Origin: a virus
Taxonomy: Duplodnaviria > Caudoviricetes
DNA: 24,705 bases
Strand: one strand, 5' to 3'
IMG/VR virus record: IMGVR_UViG_3300044724_003024
Coordinates: 1 to 24,705 of that record
Every line of letters starts with the position of its first letter. Position 1 is the stretch's first letter. The notes below the pieces were generated by a model. The model was not told the origin of the DNA. It made no database searches and was given only the letters and a program-made list of their open reading frames with translations. Below are positions 23,079-24,705 of the stretch, piece by piece. Made by a program: the position numbers and the translations under genes.

Positions 23079-24586
23079 TGGCAATTGCAATCAAAAACCA
23101 AGCGGGTACGGATGTTGACTTTGTAAAGGAGTCTTTCCGGTATGAGGATGCCGTTACACAGCGCGGCACATTGTCCTTTCAGGAGATAGGCACAAGTCCG
23201 TCATGCACGTGGGGAGAGGATGTATTTGTTTACGATGATGGCGGCTTTCCTTTGCAGTTATCAGGCGGTGGAAATCTCGAACTGTCCGGCGGCGGGACGC
23301 TTGAACTATCACAGGAGACTCGCTACTGGGGCGGAACGGTAGAAAGCATTTCCGAAACAGACATCACAATAGGAGAACTAACGACGATCCGCTTTACCTA
23401 TCGTTGCATTGACTTCTCCGAAATTGCAGGAAGGCAAATTGTAGCAGATGCTACTGCCGCGCAAACTGCCGGAAGTTGGATCTCATCTTCAGTATCTTCG
23501 CCCGGTCTTTCTGGCTACGGTATAACCGCCGGGGATATAGATGATGGCGCATATATTGAGTATATGCCGTGGAACTACGTGTCCTATGAGTTGATCTTTG
23601 ACGAGTTGGCAGAGATCAGCGGCTTCTTCTGGAATATCGACAAGGACAAAAAACTAAACTTTCGATCCGTTGAAGCCGCTCCCGCACCTTTTGCAATCAC
23701 ATCTTCCAACAGACCTTATAAGTCGATAGAGTTCTCTACCGTTCGCGGCAGTTTCAGAAACGTTGTATATCTGAGGGCGGGTACAACGACTGACGAAGTT
23801 GATACCATTGAAGTGCAACGTGGCGATGGTGATAAAAGAACATTCGTGGTTGGCGCAGAAATAGGCGAAACACCAACAATAGAAGTTGATACAGGCAGCG
23901 GATATAGCGCCCAAACAGTTGGCGTTAATGGGATTGGGACTGTCAGCGATTGGTACTATAACAGCGGATCACCAGTAATTACACAGGATTCGGCAGGTAC
24001 TGTTCTGTCGTCTACGGACAAAATTAGGATTACATACAAGGCAAGATTCCCTATTATTGTGAATGCTATTTCCGACGAAAGCATCTCGCAACGCGAGGCA
24101 ATAGAATCCGGTCTTGGTCAATACGTATCTGTTGTCGATGCGACTGATGTGGACAATGCCGAATCCGCCGAACTAAAAGTGCAGTCCATTCTCAACCAGT
24201 ATTCACAGCCCCGCATTACTTGCCGCTATACAACAGATCAGGTCAATCTCGAAGCAGGGCAGACGCAAAACATTAACCTTCCCGAGCATGGCATTGATGC
24301 CAACTTTTTGATCGAAAGGATCGGAGCATCTTTACGACATGACGGGCAGCTATCTTTTGACGTAACTGCCGCCGCCACGCAGACCGTTGCCGGGTGGTCT
24401 TACTGGAAGCAAAAGACCCGACAGGACCGTAAATTCGTGGTCAGGGACAATGAGGTCCTTCGGTTGTTGAATAAAGAAGCTGATGCTGTCACAATCTCAG
24501 ATTCGGCAGCCGGGGCAACAACAACCGCAAGTGGATTCCTTGTCGGAGCCGCAACCGCAATAATCGGACTGGTCGATGTTGGATAA
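23078..24586 (+). CDS. Tail tip/baseplate hub-like protein
   Basis: Beta-rich 502 aa protein after the TMP, containing FDELAEISGFFWNIDKDKKLNF. Confidence 0.65.
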   Translation: MAIAIKNQAGTDVDFVKESFRYEDAVTQRGTLSFQEIGTSPSCTWGEDVFVYDDGGFPLQLSGGGNLELSGGGTLELSQETRYWGGTVESISETDITIGELTTIRFTYRCIDFSEIAGRQIVADATAAQTAGSWISSSVSSPGLSGYGITAGDIDDGAYIEYMPWNYVSYELIFDELAEISGFFWNIDKDKKLNFRSVEAAPAPFAITSSNRPYKSIEFSTVRGSFRNVVYLRAGTTTDEVDTIEVQRGDGDKRTFVVGAEIGETPTIEVDTGSGYSAQTVGVNGIGTVSDWYYNSGSPVITQDSAGTVLSSTDKIRITYKARFPIIVNAISDESISQREAIESGLGQYVSVVDATDVDNAESAELKVQSILNQYSQPRITCRYTTDQVNLEAGQTQNINLPEHGIDANFLIERIGASLRHDGQLSFDVTAAATQTVAGWSYWKQKTRQDRKFVVRDNEVLRLLNKEADAVTISDSAAGATTTASGFLVGAATAIIGLVDVG

Positions 24587-24587
24587 A

Positions 24588-24705
24588 ATGAAAATCAAAG
24601 GACACGTTAAAATCGAAGTCTCTGATGGGCGCGTCATTGAACAGGACAACGTGGTCGTGAACGGCGGGCGTGATCGGATCGCGGCGTTGATTGCACAGGA
24701 CAGTA
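24588..24705 (+). CDS. Tail/baseplate protein (5' partial)
   Basis: MKIKGHVKIEV...DNVVVNGGRDRIAALI; runs off the window end. Confidence 0.6.
   Translation, partial: MKIKGHVKIEVSDGRVIEQDNVVVNGGRDRIAALIAQDS

Noticed and set aside
1-24705. CRISPR array, integrase/att site, reverse transcriptase (retron or DGR), intron or intein
   Set aside because: No regularly spaced repeats, recombinase or RT motifs, and no interrupted core genes seen; TerL is of normal length.

Overview
The whole window is from a tailed dsDNA phage with siphovirus-type, HK97-fold structural genes. A leftward early operon (about 5560 to 1007, minus strand) encodes a ParB-like protein, a winged-helix protein, a Rad52/Sak-like annealing protein, a Gp157-like protein, a VRR-NUC nuclease and many small ORFs. 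A rightward block carries holin, amidase, a ParB-DNA methyltransferase fusion, TerS/TerL, portal, a gpF-like head protein, a DUF3140-like/protease/capsid ORF, head-tail joining genes, a glycosyltransferase-like gene, tail tube, frameshifted tail chaperones, tape measure and a tail protein. I see no integrase, CI-type repressor, polymerase, helicase or primase. The most unusual content is at the RNA level: (1) a complete type II hammerhead ribozyme with pseudoknot inside the early operon (5301-5361, minus); (2) a tRNA-like cloverleaf after the capsid gene whose enlarged pyrimidine loop (UUCCUCUCUC) is complementary to a GAGAGAG motif repeated in early-gene leaders; (3) a duplicated 57-bp promoter-like element and a covarying hairpin repeat in the early region; (4) a G-GGT-TTT slippery site that would fuse the portal to the gpF-like protein. 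All family assignments come from recognising motifs by eye; no searches were run.
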